64,000 nt of DNA from Monocercomonoides exilis PA203 (GCA_001643675.2 LSRY02000010.1:930001-994000); one strand, 5' to 3'; counted from the first letter of the stretch, positions 26,616 through 37,989 are shown. Numbers and translations are program-made. The notes: generated by a model from the sequence alone, not told the origin.

Positions 26616-27005
26616 ATGCAAACTACCGCTTCTACATCTTTTCCAGCAGCAATGCCCGATTCTTCTGCATCACTAAAAGCGTCTCCTTTTGCTTCGGCTG
26701 ATTCATCATCTTTAATACCAGATTCAGAAACTATCCTTAGATCATTGGATGTACCAACTGATGGTTTAACAACCGAACAAATGAACCAAATTGTCAACTC
26801 CTTGAGAGAAAATGCAGCAATGCTTAACATCATGCTTGCTTCTGATTCAACTGCGCCATTTGAACAATCGTTAATGAAATCTTTGGGTATTTCAAAATCT
26901 GCAGCTCAAACAGCGATTAATTCATTGGTTGGAGTCTCTGGTATGTGTTTTTTTTTTATTTTTGCAGTTATTTTTTACAAAAATTAACTTTCCTTTTTAG
27001 AGTAA
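26616..27005 (+). CDS. Small uncharacterised protein (~109 aa); exons 26616-26940 and 27001-27005
   Basis: Coding-like composition from ATG 26616. Intron GTATGT...TTTTAG 26941-27000, after which G|AG TAA closes the frame. Confidence 0.55.
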
Positions 27006-27439
27006 AAAGAAAGTTTGTTCATCGAAGAATGATGAATGATTCTTTTTAATGAAACATAATATGATTTGATTTTTTTTAAATCTTCAAAAAGTAATTTTTT
27101 GCTAAAATTCTATGCACAACATACGTTAAGTTATTTTTATTTGATAATGATAATACATACTGTACAAATGATAATTTGGTTTGTTTCAGATTGTTTCCAA
27201 CTTTCATGAAAGCAAAATCAGATGAATAAATAAGCTATTATTGATAGTAATTTAAAAACAAAAAGCGATGTTAACAATTCAAAAATTAAAAAGCTACAGA
27301 ACGAAACAGCGAAATTATTCACTTCTTCAAAAAGTTATTCTGTGACTTATAATTCCGTCTGCTGACGAAAAGAATGAATAATCACTTTAAAAATATCCTA
27401 CGTGCATTTTAATTGACTATACATCATCCACAAGCGTGA

Positions 27440-27746
27440 TTATAGTCCGTCTATTCTCACATTTAATGGATTCATATATAAAATCTCCTTTGACATATCA
27501 CCTGCACAAACGCAAGGTAAGGTTGAAGTTGCAACTCTCACCGCATATCGTAAGCATTGATCAATCGTCCAATTTTCATATACTCCACACAAATATCCAG
27601 CAAGAAGTGCATCGCCAGCTCCAATAGTTGATAAAACTGGTACAGTAAACTCTGGCTCAAACTGTGAAATAATGCGTATGTTTTTAATTGTTGTAAAAAA
27701 TCATACACATTTATAAAATGGAACGGAAAGGTTAAAAAAAAAATAG

Positions 27747-27784
<38 letters not shown>

Positions 27785-28821
27785 CAATTGCACAAAAAGT
27801 TATTTGACATAATATTTTTCAAACCAAGGCATGTTTTCTTCCTTGCGAAGAAATGAAATAGCATCCATTTGCCCCATCTGAAATTAATATGTCCATCCCA
27901 GGGTGACGGTAACGCAGTCTATCAGCAGCCTTGTAAAATCATTTATCATTGGTTAGATTCAACAGAATAAAGATATTTAAAATATAATTTTTTTATCCTT
28001 CAAACTTGAGTAATTCCATATGTTTCAAATTTCTCTTCGCCTACTAACTCCTTTAATTCTTCTCTATTTGGTTTTATTAAATCTGGTTCAGCTTGGACAG
28101 CCTCCCGTAAAGCATCTCCTTCAAATCACCAAAAACAAATGGTGCAATATAAAGAATAAAATAAATAACTTAAGTTGAAATTATAGAAAACAGTCAAACC
28201 ACTTGAATCGACAGCAACTTTCATTCTTTTCTCTTTGCATGCTCTAACAAAATCTCCGAGAAGCCTTGGTGGAATTCCTGGTGGCAATGCACCTGACAAG
28301 ACAACCCATTGGCCAGCCTCCCCTGCACTAACAACCTTATCGATCAAGGCTTTTAATATTGACAAATGGTTAAAATGTTTTAATATTTCTAAAAATACAC
28401 AAACCAGTGAATTCTGATTCATCAATTTTGGTACCACTTTCTCGGATATGCGTCTCTGGAAAAATAAAACATATTAATATTACTTTTTTAAATGGGTTTT
28501 ATTTCAACAAAGAAAACCGGTTTTTCTAGTTTTATCAATAAGAGTGATGTTTACTCTGGTCCTAAGTGGCAAAACTTCCAAATGACGAGTAACTCGATAC
28601 AACCGTTTTTCAAATAATTTTGTGCAATCATCTCCAACGAATCCGTATATTGCACATGGTAATCCAAGATAACTTAAAATGTAAGCAATGTTTACTGCTT
28701 TTCCAGCTGCTTGTTCAGAAACGTATATGGCTTTATTCTGTCCTCCTGTGTGAAAATTATCAACTTCTAAAGTTCTATCAACACAGCAGTTGTACGAAAC
28801 ACAAATAATTGGTTTCACCAT
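27440..28821 (-). CDS. PfkB/ribokinase-family kinase of the 1-phosphofructokinase/tagatose-6-P kinase/Pfk-2 group; 6 exons
   Basis: Spliced translation gives IICVSYNCCVDRT...AAGKAVNIAYILSYLG...GFVG...TRVNITL...ETHIRESGTKIDESEF...VVLSGALPPGIP...VAVDSSGDALREAV...PDLIKPNREEL...ILISDGANG...STIGAGDALLAGY. Both PfkB signature regions are present, across five GT-AG introns. Confidence 0.9.
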
Positions 28822-28891
28822 GTTATGGAAAGGGATCAAAACCTCCAATTTTTTCTTTTTATTTCAAGAAGAGGTTGGATTGTTTCAACTG

Positions 28892-30819
28892 ATGTATGAA
28901 AGACCTTCGCAAACTCAAAAAAGGAAGCAAAGATTGCATTCGCAAAAGGTATGGCAATTAATTAGATTGTTGAAATTATATTTAAACTTTTGTGAATGAA
29001 TATTTGATGAAAAAGGGGTTTTGTTGGATTTTAACTTCGCTACCTACATCTGGTAAATTGTTTATTGTGCTTGGTATCATTCAGATGATTACTGTTCTTG
29101 TCTGTGCTGGATGTATGCTTTATTATGGATCAACTAAAAGCAACGGAGACAAAGATACTTGTGGTGGATTGCTTTTTATCATTCTATCATTGACACAGGA
29201 AATTTTTAATTTAATTGGGGTATTTAGTGGTTTGTGGGTTTTATTTTATTTTGATGTTACAAAAGTGTTATCAAATTCACAGAAAATGTGATGTGTATAA
29301 TTGCATATTTTTTGGGAAATGCTATTACACTAATTTTTGCAATAGTTCGTGCAGCTGAAAGTGGCGGTGTAATTCCTGGATGTGTGTTGTGAGACTTTTT
29401 TTTATTTTTTGGCTTTGAAAAATGAAAAATCAAAGATATTTTTGTTTTAATCGGAGTTACCGCATTGGAATTGTTATTATGCTTTATTTGTGGATTATTA
29501 TACATTAAACGTATTGGATGGAGAGCAACGGTTGAGGTTTGCATTTGTCTTTTGATTGACGCTTTTTTTAAAAAAAAATCATTAATATTGAAATTATTTC
29601 ACAAACAAAAAAGTCAAAAGGAAAATTTGGGAAATGTATGTTGCAAATTCTTTTTTGGTTGATATTTATTTAACAATTTTTGTATTGTTATGATGTCAAT
29701 GTTTTGAAATTCAATGACTTCAAAACAAATTATTCATCACTATTTTGAATGAATGTACCAAAGCACTTCACTACTTGAAGCAAACATTTTATGCGACTGT
29801 CTCGTATTTTCTTGTGCTGATAGTGATGTGGATCATTCTTCTGTGGTTTTTTTTGACGAACAGATCACCTGAATTTTGGATTATTTTGGTATATCGAAAA
29901 CTATCACAAATTTTTTTTTCAGAAAAAGGAAGAAAAGAAAAGAAAGAATCAATATTTTTTTTCTAATTTAAAGAAACGTTAAAATTTTTATGTTGAATAT
30001 TGATTTTATGAAATGTTTTGAATGGATCATTTGAAGAATTGATTTTTTAACATTTTTATTTTATTCTTCAATATTTATATTTTGAAACAGATATCATTTA
30101 TATGCTATTTAATTTGGGGGCCGTTGTCGTCATATTTTGTATGCTTTTTAGAAATTTATGTTTTTATATATTTAAATTCATTTTTTTATTATAATAATAA
30201 TACTTTTTCTTCTTGCTTTTTCTTCTTCGTTTTCAATTTTCTTTTTTCAATTCTTTATGGGAATTAATAATTTTATTTTCATTAACATGATTTATTAACT
30301 TTTCGTATTATTTGATGTAGTTTTTCCAAAGTCGGCATATTCTTCTTATGTTGATGGCATTATTTATAATTCCGCCTGTTTTCTACACAGTTTATTCCTC
30401 CATTGTGCTGCACACTTCAGTACCACCGAAATTTTCTGGGTTGCCTTTTGTCGAAGCTCATCTTATTCGTATGCTTGAGTGAAAGAAATTGGATAAGAGA
30501 GGAGTAATATTTTTGTTTGTATTTTATGTTGCATAATTATTCATTGTGAAAATGTATTTCATTTTTTATCTTTTATTGATTTATGTTCTTTTTTATTCTC
30601 TCCCTTTTATCTCTCTCTTTCTAACTCTCATAAAAATTTATATTATTTTGAATTTTTTATTATTTCATAGTTTCAATTCTTCTCGTCTATGAGTTTATTC
30701 TTGCGGTTGTGATGGTTATCGGATGTGTTGTGATTATAAAACAGAAGAAGGCTCCTGTGCAACCCACCGAAGCTTATACATCTACCCAAACTGGTAAATA
30801 TTACTCAACTGGAATCTGA
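28892..30819 (+). CDS. Multi-exon multipass membrane protein of unknown function
   Basis: A series of hydrophobic exons (LFIVLGIIQMITVLVCAGCMLYY; ENVMCIIAYFLGNAITLIFAIV; LELLLCFICGLLYIKRIGWR; FLVLIVMWIILLWFF; ILAVVMVIGCVVII) separated by AT-rich GT-AG introns. TGA at 30817-30819. Internal exon boundaries are only partly resolved. Confidence 0.65.
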
Positions 30820-31808
30820 ACATTTGGAGTAAAAGCCAAAAAAAAGAAAGAAATCGAGCAAACACGATATTTTTTGATTGAAAAATTGAAGAACTGCAGA
30901 GAAAGAACAGAAATCATAGCTTCGTTTGAAGATTTCCACAAGCCTTTGATGCTTGTTGTGGAGCGGGGCGAGTTCGATCCAATCGGAAATGCATATTTTA
31001 TGTACATAATATTTTAGTTGTTGATGTTGCTGAATTATCCATTTATTTTTGCTTTTTCTATTTGATTAAGATGAAACTTTGGTAATTCTTCTATGAATTG
31101 TTTTGTTGTGTTGTTGTTTTTTTGTTTTGTTTTTCAAAAAGTTTGTTATTGATTTTCAAATATGTACTCATCATAATGGAGATAATCGTTGAGTAATGTT
31201 TTGTTGTTATCTGTCTATGATTAATATTGTTTGAGTGTTTACATAACTGTTTTTTTGGAATGTCTTTTCGAAACTGCCAGTCCATTTGAACAAATTTTCT
31301 GCTATTCCATCGTGAGTGTAATTTTTTTTTCACTAAAATATTATGTTTTCTCTATTTTTCAATAATAATTTTTTATTTAAAAATTATTATTAAAAATTAA
31401 TTACAATAATGAATGTCATGCGCATATGAACACTTTGAAATTCGTTCACAGTAATTTTTATTCGAATAACGATTTTAATAAAGTAGTATTTAAGGATTAA
31501 TGGTTTTCAATGTATATTTGATGTGAGGGAACGAAAACATCTGAAGTTATTCGGATAGTCATTAAATATCGGTTTTCGTTAAATGATGAAAACTTAAAAG
31601 AGAAATTTCTATTTGTATTTAAAATGTTTTTTTTTTTGTTGTTGAAAAACTTTATTGTATTTTATCTTCATTGTCTTTATTATCAAAATGAAAAATATAT
31701 TTATAAAAAATAAGGTGAAATGAACAGAGAAGGGAAGGTGTTTAAAAAATAATATAAAGAGAATAAAATCTACACAAAAATAGTTTATAACTGAAGAATC
31801 AATCTTTT

Positions 31809-34171
31809 TCAAGTTATGACTTTTTCATCTTCAATCATATCAGCGTTGTCAGTTATTCTTCTACCTGTGTTTATGTCGGAGTAATTTCTTGCTTTAAATT
31901 CAATTCCTTCACCTCTAATTTCATTTTCTTCCTCTATCACTTCTTCTTCCACAACAAGGACATCCTCTTCTTTTCGGAAAACTTCATTAACGTAAAAACT
32001 TAACTGCCCTCTGAAAATTGGTATGAATCCGTTTTTCATCATCCGTTCTGGTTTTATTCGCACAGCAAGTTGCTCTTCGACAAGAAGAGGCAATTCATCA
32101 ATAATTGTCCTATCCGGCTCGTAAAGAACTTCTCCAATGCATGTTTCAGGAGTAAGAGCTGAGCTGCGATAGAGCAAGAGTCCATTAAAGCCTGAAATAT
32201 TCATATACAAAAAATATTCAAATTAAAAATTTTCGATTTCTAAGCGAACACACATCTCTTTCTTTTTGACTCCATATTAGTGACTTGTTCATATAATTCA
32301 CTCAGTGTTGGCGCGGGCAAAGGCGAAGCAATAGAAGATGACAATGAAGATGGAGTTGTATTCTGTGCAGGAAAAGATTGAGCAGAAACTGTACTATTTC
32401 GTCTTGAATGACTTGTGCTTTGCTTTCTGATTAAAGGATAAATAGATATATTCATAAATTGTTTAAAAGATAAGCAATATAAAACATCGTTTAGCTGAGT
32501 TTCACAAATTTATAAAAGTACACTCTCAAACAAATTTGCCATTGATAAAAAAATGCAAAAACAATGTAAAAATTGTTTCTTTATGGCAAGCGTATTTCTC
32601 TTTGCAAATTTTAACACGTATCCTCATTCATTCAATCCAAAAATAACTTTATAAGAGTTGAACATTTCATACTGTGGTAAAGACGGCTGCTTTAAACTTC
32701 TTTGATGCGTATTTGTGTTTGATAAATGTGAGGAATAAGGAATAGAAGATGAAATGGATGATGATTGGCCCGATGCAGAATTAACGCCATTTGAAATTGA
32801 CGAGCCTGATACTGATCCACTTCCATATCCATCTCTTCCAATCTTCTTTTTCTCTTTTATGTCACCGCGCCATTCTTTCTCTTTCTCTTTCTCTGCTTTT
32901 AATTGGCATACGCCTTCATGCTTCTCGATACGATCAGGGAAAAATGAGCGTCCACAGAATTTGCATTGAACAAGTTGCGGAGTTTGCTTAAAGCGAGATG
33001 CTAAAATAAAATGAGAGAGAGAAAATAAACCAAAAGAAATGAAAAGAAATGATCCATTTGTTAAAGATCATAACGCTCACAGTTAAAAATAATTTGTGTC
33101 AGCTCGAAATAAAAATTACGAAATTAATTCTAACAAATTCCCTTTCTCACAAATACAAACCGACATTCGTTGGACTTTTCAGCGTATTTGAGGAGCGAGA
33201 AGAAAGTGCTCCGGATTGGTTGTGTTGAGCATGGGTTGGAGATAAAATAGTTGAAGAGAGATTTGTTGAAGTGAGATTTCCTAATGCAGAAAGTCTTGTT
33301 GTTTGACTAACATTAGAAAATTCGCTAACGTCTTCATCTTCAATTTCAGTTGATTTTATTGCAAATCCTTCTCGACTTTCAATTTCTTGACGTGTTCTCC
33401 TTTGTGGTTTGTAATCATTCTCGGAATTATCTGGTAAATCACTTACAGTAAACGGACTTGCATATTCAATTTCCTGATCCGCATAATTATGTTGTATGGG
33501 CAAGTCCTCTTCATTTTGGCTTATATTTCGTTTTGCAGAAGAAGAATAAAAAAGTGGTGTTCCTCCTGATTGAATTTTTGTGTATAGTTTCTTTTAACAA
33601 ATCAAAAAAATAACCAGAAAAAATGTAAAAGGCGTTCATGAAATAGAAAAAAGCCGTGCAAACAGGTTGAGAATTATTTTGAGTTTGCGATATGCTTTGA
33701 AAGTTATCTGATCCAAAACTATCATTTTGTTGCATCTCTTTAGTAGTTTGCTCTGTTTGAATGTTATGTTTCTGCATAAAATGGAAAAAAATTCAAATTC
33801 ACAATATGCTTTTTTAATAAATAGTTCAAAAATAAATTATCATGCTTGTTCGATAACTGCATTCTGATTTGATGGCGCAATTTGTTTTAAATGTTCCAAT
33901 TTTTCTCGTTCTTTCAATGCTCTTTTCAAGCAGACCTTTCACAAAAAAAATTAAATATAAACAAAAATAAAAATAAAAAAGTTTTCTTAAAGAATGAATT
34001 TTCAAAATGTAAAACCCTTTGATGAACTTCAAAACGATCAGATGCAATGCTTTTTTGGCACGAAGGGCAAACTGTCGTTTCAATAAGCGTTGGAGCAAGG
34101 CCCACTTCGTCATAATTAACTCCTAATGATCGAACAGGTTCGTCATCCCTTCTAAGGGTTGTTCTTATCAT
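31809..34171 (-). CDS. Multi-exon protein with two C2HC zinc fingers (zf-C2HC_2/ZC2HC1-like)
   Basis: Finger 1 is CPSCQKSIASDRFEVHQR|VC (split by an intron). Finger 2 is LVQCKFCGRSFFPDRIEKHEGVC (~32900-32975). Both fit C-X2-C-X11-H-X3-C. Low-complexity linkers; last exon is ORF 31809..32210. Confidence 0.75.
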
Positions 34172-34644
34172 GTTTAATTTTGAATAAGAATATTATTCAA
34201 AAATTATTATCCGAATTTTGATCCGAAAACATATGGAGCGAAAACAAAAAAATTTTAATATTATACATTGAAATAACAATTATTTTGATATGTTCATTTG
34301 AAAAAATCATAAATTGTTTTTCTTATGACAGGAAAAAAATTTTTTCTTTTTTTAAATAAAGAATTATTATCTAATAGCATTTCATGAGAATAGATTTGTT
34401 TTTGAATTAAAATAATAATTTTCTTTGTTTTTTCTTTGGAAAAAATAATAAAAAGAAAAAAGTGGTGAATTGAAAGGAAAAATGTGATACGATTTGTGTT
34501 CAATAAGCTTTTCCTTGAAAGAAGAAAAAAAAAAATACTCCCATTATTTTAATATTAAACAATTCTGCAATTTCAAGCTAAAAATAAGGCAGGAAATTTT
34601 TGGAAAACAAATTGTTCATATGTCAAAATTTTTTGAAAACATAT

Positions 34645-34899
34645 GGGTGATTATTTTTGAAATCATAAATTTTTTCGGGGAGCTTATTTTTCAAATTATG
34701 TTTGTATTTGGTAAAAGATTTTGTATTTGAATGCTGAATTAATCACAAATGTGTAATAGACAAATGTTTTTGCTCAAATAAAGATAATGATGTCATTTGT
34801 TTGTGTTTTCATTTTTCAGTATTTTTCTTTTTATGTTCAAGTTAAATTTTTGAACCGAAAATTTTGAAAGAAAAAATATGCTTTCAAAAATAATAACCC
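34645..34899. mobile_element. MITE-like family A copy 1 (255 bp), ATAT target-site duplication
   Basis: TIR GGGTGATTATTTTTGAAATCATA / TATGCTTTCAAAAATAATAACCC (2 mismatches). ATAT on both sides. Diverged copy at 36288-36540. Confidence 0.8.
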
Positions 34900-34903
34900 A
34901 TAT

Positions 34904-35172
34904 GGGACAAAATATTTGACTTCAGGCATTATCATTGAAAAATGATGCTCTATTGTTTAACTTTTTGTGATTAAAAAAATATGAAAAAAATTGTTTCATT
35001 ATTTTTAGACAAGTGAGATCAAAAAAACATAATGATATAATATCTATGATACTTGTTCACTTATTTGAAAATCTAATTTATTTTGCAATCTGGCTATGTT
35101 CAAAAATGTTGAAAGTGAGACATTTTTTTCATGCTTTGTGCATTAAAAGCTTGAAAGTCCGTATTTTTCCCC
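34904..35172. mobile_element. MITE-like family B copy 1 (269 bp), ATAT target-site duplication
   Basis: Imperfect TIR GGGACAAAATATTTGACTTCAGGC...GCTTGAAAGTCCGTATTTTTCCCC. ATAT on both sides. Homologous to 36910-37555 and to a fragment at 36637-36706. Confidence 0.75.
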
Positions 35173-35397
35173 ATATGTTTGTTGAATTTTCAAATGGAAT
35201 AAAAATTTCAATTATTTTTTCTAATATCTGTTTCCATTCACTAAATTTTTTTTGCAATTAAAACAAAATCTTGATAATGAGACTATTTCCGTTTAAGCGA
35301 AGTTTTTTGAGTGGATCAGAAATTTGGAAAAAAAATGAAATATTTATTCTATTTGAATATTCATCAAACTGAACTTTTCAAGAAGCTTTAGACATAT

Positions 35398-35638
35398 GTC
35401 TAAATTTTTTTGAATAGTTCCTTTTGTTTAATTTTCAAATAAAATAAAAATTACATAAGTCAATCAAATTTTTGTATCCACAAACGATAATTTCACAAAA
35501 AATGAAATAATAACATTGTCAAGATTTTGTTTTCAAAATAGCAAAATTTTGTGAGTGGAAATAGAAATTTGATCGAAACAGGAAATTTTTGTAATATTTG
35601 AAAATAAAACAAATGGAACTTTTCATAAAAATTAAGAC
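35398..35638. mobile_element. MITE-like family C copy 2 (241 bp)
   Basis: ~44-bp TIR GTCTAAATTTTTTTGAATAGTTCCTTTTGTTTAATTTTCAAATA / TATTTGAAAATAAAACAAATGGAACTTTTCATAAAAATTAAGAC (~5 mismatches). Flanks ATAT/AAAT. Confidence 0.75.
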
Positions 35639-36287
35639 AAATGTGAAACTGCTTGAGTTTATAATTGTTTCTTCACACAACCTGTGGTTTGTTATTATCT
35701 TTTTTTTCTTTTTCCTTTTCTTTTTTTTTTTGTACACAAAAATTTGATTAATCTGAACCGAATTCAATTTGCAACTTTCATCACAATCATGAAGGTTTTT
35801 TCAGTTTGATTCTCGCTTCAACGATATTTTTCAAACACTCTGGAGATATCAAATTCTGATTTCATATCAATTTTTTAATTTTTTTTTTTTGATAATGTTT
35901 TTGTTGTTGAAAATTTTATTCTGGGAATATTTTCTTCTGATGGAAAAACACTTATCTGACTGCAAACCAAAAATGTTCGATCGTTCAAAACTAGAAAATA
36001 ACACTGGTTCAGAATAAATAGAGATAAATATTTAAAATCATATCATAAACAACATTAAATAGTTTGAAGGAATTTTGATTATTGAAAATGTGATCAATTC
36101 AGATTTGAATTAAAATTCTATATTTATAAGAACTGCTTGTCTGAATGATATTTTAAACTTGAAACACAATCACAATTATTTGTTTTGTGTGTTCAAAAAA
36201 ATTGAGTTCAATAAAAAACAAAGATTCAATAATTTATAATCTTTTCGGAAAAAGAAATTTCTTTCAAAAAGATTTGTGAAAACATAT

Positions 36288-36540
36288 GTGATTTTTTTTG
36301 AAATCATAACTTTTTTCGGGATGAGGATTTTTCAAAGATTGTTTTCATTTGGGAAGAAATTTTCCATCCAAGTGCTCAAAAAGTCACAACTGTTTCAAAA
36401 ACAAATGCATGATCTGAAATATAAATAAAGAGGTCTTGAATATGCCTGTTCACTTTTCGGTGTTCAATTGTGAACATTTAAAAGAAATTTTCGAACCGAA
36501 ATTTTTGAAAGGAAAAATATGAGTTCAAAAATAATCACCC
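36288..36540. mobile_element. MITE-like family A copy 2 (diverged)
   Basis: Collinear similarity to 34645-34899, including the end TATGAGTTCAAAAATAATCACCC. Left terminus has lost GG. Flanks ATAT/ACAT. Confidence 0.7.
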
Positions 36541-36636
36541 ACATTTATGATTTCTTGAGGGAAAGTGTTTATTTTATTGAAAAATGAAAATTTGAGAAAG
36601 TTAACTTAGAAAATAAATATGGCTATCTAATTATTT

Positions 36637-36905
36637 GGGACAAAATATTTCACTTTAAACATTTTCATTGAAAAATTATGTTCCTTTGATGAACTTTTTG
36701 TGATCAATATGGGTAATTCTTTTTGAAAAGTCACAAGTGTTTAATTATCATATAATGCAAATATTTCATATTTTGCTCAAATTACTGTTTCCACTCACGA
36801 ATCTTCTTAAGAATGAGTGAAATAACATTATCCAGAAATAGATTCCATATTAGTAAAGTTTTGTATTCTCAGACATAAATTTCATTAAAAAATTAATTTT
36901 TTGAC
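36637..36905. mobile_element. Degenerate MITE fragments: B-family left end (36637-36706), ATAT, then a C-related unit (36711-36905)
   Basis: GGGACAAAATATTTCACTTTAAACATTTTCATTGAAAAA matches the B left end. CTGTTTCCACTCAC matches the C interior. ATAT junctions at 36707-36710 and 36906-36909. Confidence 0.5.
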
Positions 36906-36909
36906 ATAT

Positions 36910-37555
36910 GGGGTTAAATATATCACTTCAAGCTTTTTCATTGATAAATTATGCACTTTTCATTGACTATTTCATATCAACAAACACTATAAAAATGTCA
37001 TAAATTTGTCATTCGTGTTATATTGGAAAACTTAATGTTTTTATTTCAACGATGCCTGTTGAAGGAAATGAAAATCAAATTTACAGTTTGTGCATAAAAT
37101 ACCAGACGTCGCAAAAAATACCGGACAAGATCGATTTCACAATAATTGCAAGAGGAATAATTCTGATATTTTTCCTCAAATTATATCTCATAAATACAAA
37201 TTCATTTGATATTCAAATCTTTCAAAATAGCTTCATTTGTGCTCAGAGAAAATTATTTTTTAAAATCCAAGAGAAATAGGATTTTGAGTTTCTCCGAGGT
37301 TTTTACAGTTCTTTTTTCTGAGCACAAATGAAGCTATTTTGAAAGATTTGAATATCAAATGAATTTGTATTTATGAGATATAATTTGAGGAAAATCATCA
37401 GAATCATTCCTCTTGCGGTTATTGTGAAATCGATCTTTTCCGGTATTTTATGCACAAACTGTATTTTGAAATCTGATAAAGTTTAAAAATGTTATTAGAA
37501 AAACAACTTTATCATGCTTTGTGCATAAAAAGCTTGAAAGTCCATATTTTACCCC
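36910..37555. mobile_element. MITE-like family B copy 2 (266 bp once the nested insertion is removed)
   Basis: Termini ATAT|GGGGTTAAATAT...ATATTTTACCCC|ATAT. The right ~45 bp is nearly identical to the right end of B copy 1. Confidence 0.75.
37084..37461. mobile_element. Tc1/mariner-type foldback MITE (378 bp), TA target-site duplication, nested in B copy 2
   Basis: Termini TA|CAGTTTGTGC...GCACAAACTG|TA with ~150-bp inverted arms and a ~60-bp spacer. B copy 1 has a single TA at the homologous position (AATTTATTTT). Confidence 0.85.
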
Positions 37556-37732
37556 ATATATGAAAATAAAACTTTAGCTTCTTTTTTAAAAAAAAAACCC
37601 ATAAATTTATGATATCTTGAAATATAAGAAATTAAACAGAGAGAAATAAAACTTTTTTTATCTTTTCGATGTTTTGTGTTTTTTAATTTAATTAATTATA
37701 AATTAATAAAGTTTTTCCTTTTCAAACAAGAA

Positions 37733-37806
37733 GTCGCGATGGTGTAGTTGGTTATCACAATTGCCTAACACGCAATAGGTCTCCGGTTCAATCCCGGATC
37801 GCGACA
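37733..37806 (+). tRNA. tRNA-Val(AAC)
   Basis: Acceptor stem GTCGCGA/TCGCGAC+A, D arm TGGTGTAGTTGGTTATCAC, anticodon arm ATTGC-CTAACAC-GCAAT, T arm CCGG-TTCAATC-CCGG. Followed by a T-rich Pol III terminator-like run. Confidence 0.97.
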
Positions 37807-37989
37807 TTCTTTTATGTAAACATTTCTTTTTATAACTATCTAATCTAGGTTTGATCAGTTTGTTTATTTTTTTCACAAAATATTCATTTTTTTTATAATA
37901 GAAATAACCACAACAATTTGCTGGGTTTATCAAATTCGAATAGAAAAAAATTTTTTGCCATTTTATCTTGAATCCATTATTAATGTTCA

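Larger units (their letters stand above)
34622..35393. mobile_element. MITE-like family C copy 1 (~240 bp: 34622-34644 plus 35177-35393), interrupted by elements A and B
   Basis: Joining across the ATAT gives GTCAAAATTTTTTGAAAAC-ATAT-GTTTGTTGAATTTTCAAAT, which aligns with the TIR of copy C2. The interior is an inverted match to C2. Flanked by ATAT at 34618-34621 and 35394-35397. Confidence 0.65.

Noticed and set aside
30955-30990. tRNA-like or Pol III B-box motif GAGTTCGATCC
   Set aside because: No flanking stems or cloverleaf can be formed.
34618-37559. CRISPR- or integron-like cassette array
   Set aside because: Units are bounded by their own inverted repeats and share only a 4-nt junction. 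There are no constant direct repeats, cas genes or integrase; nested MITEs explain the pattern better.
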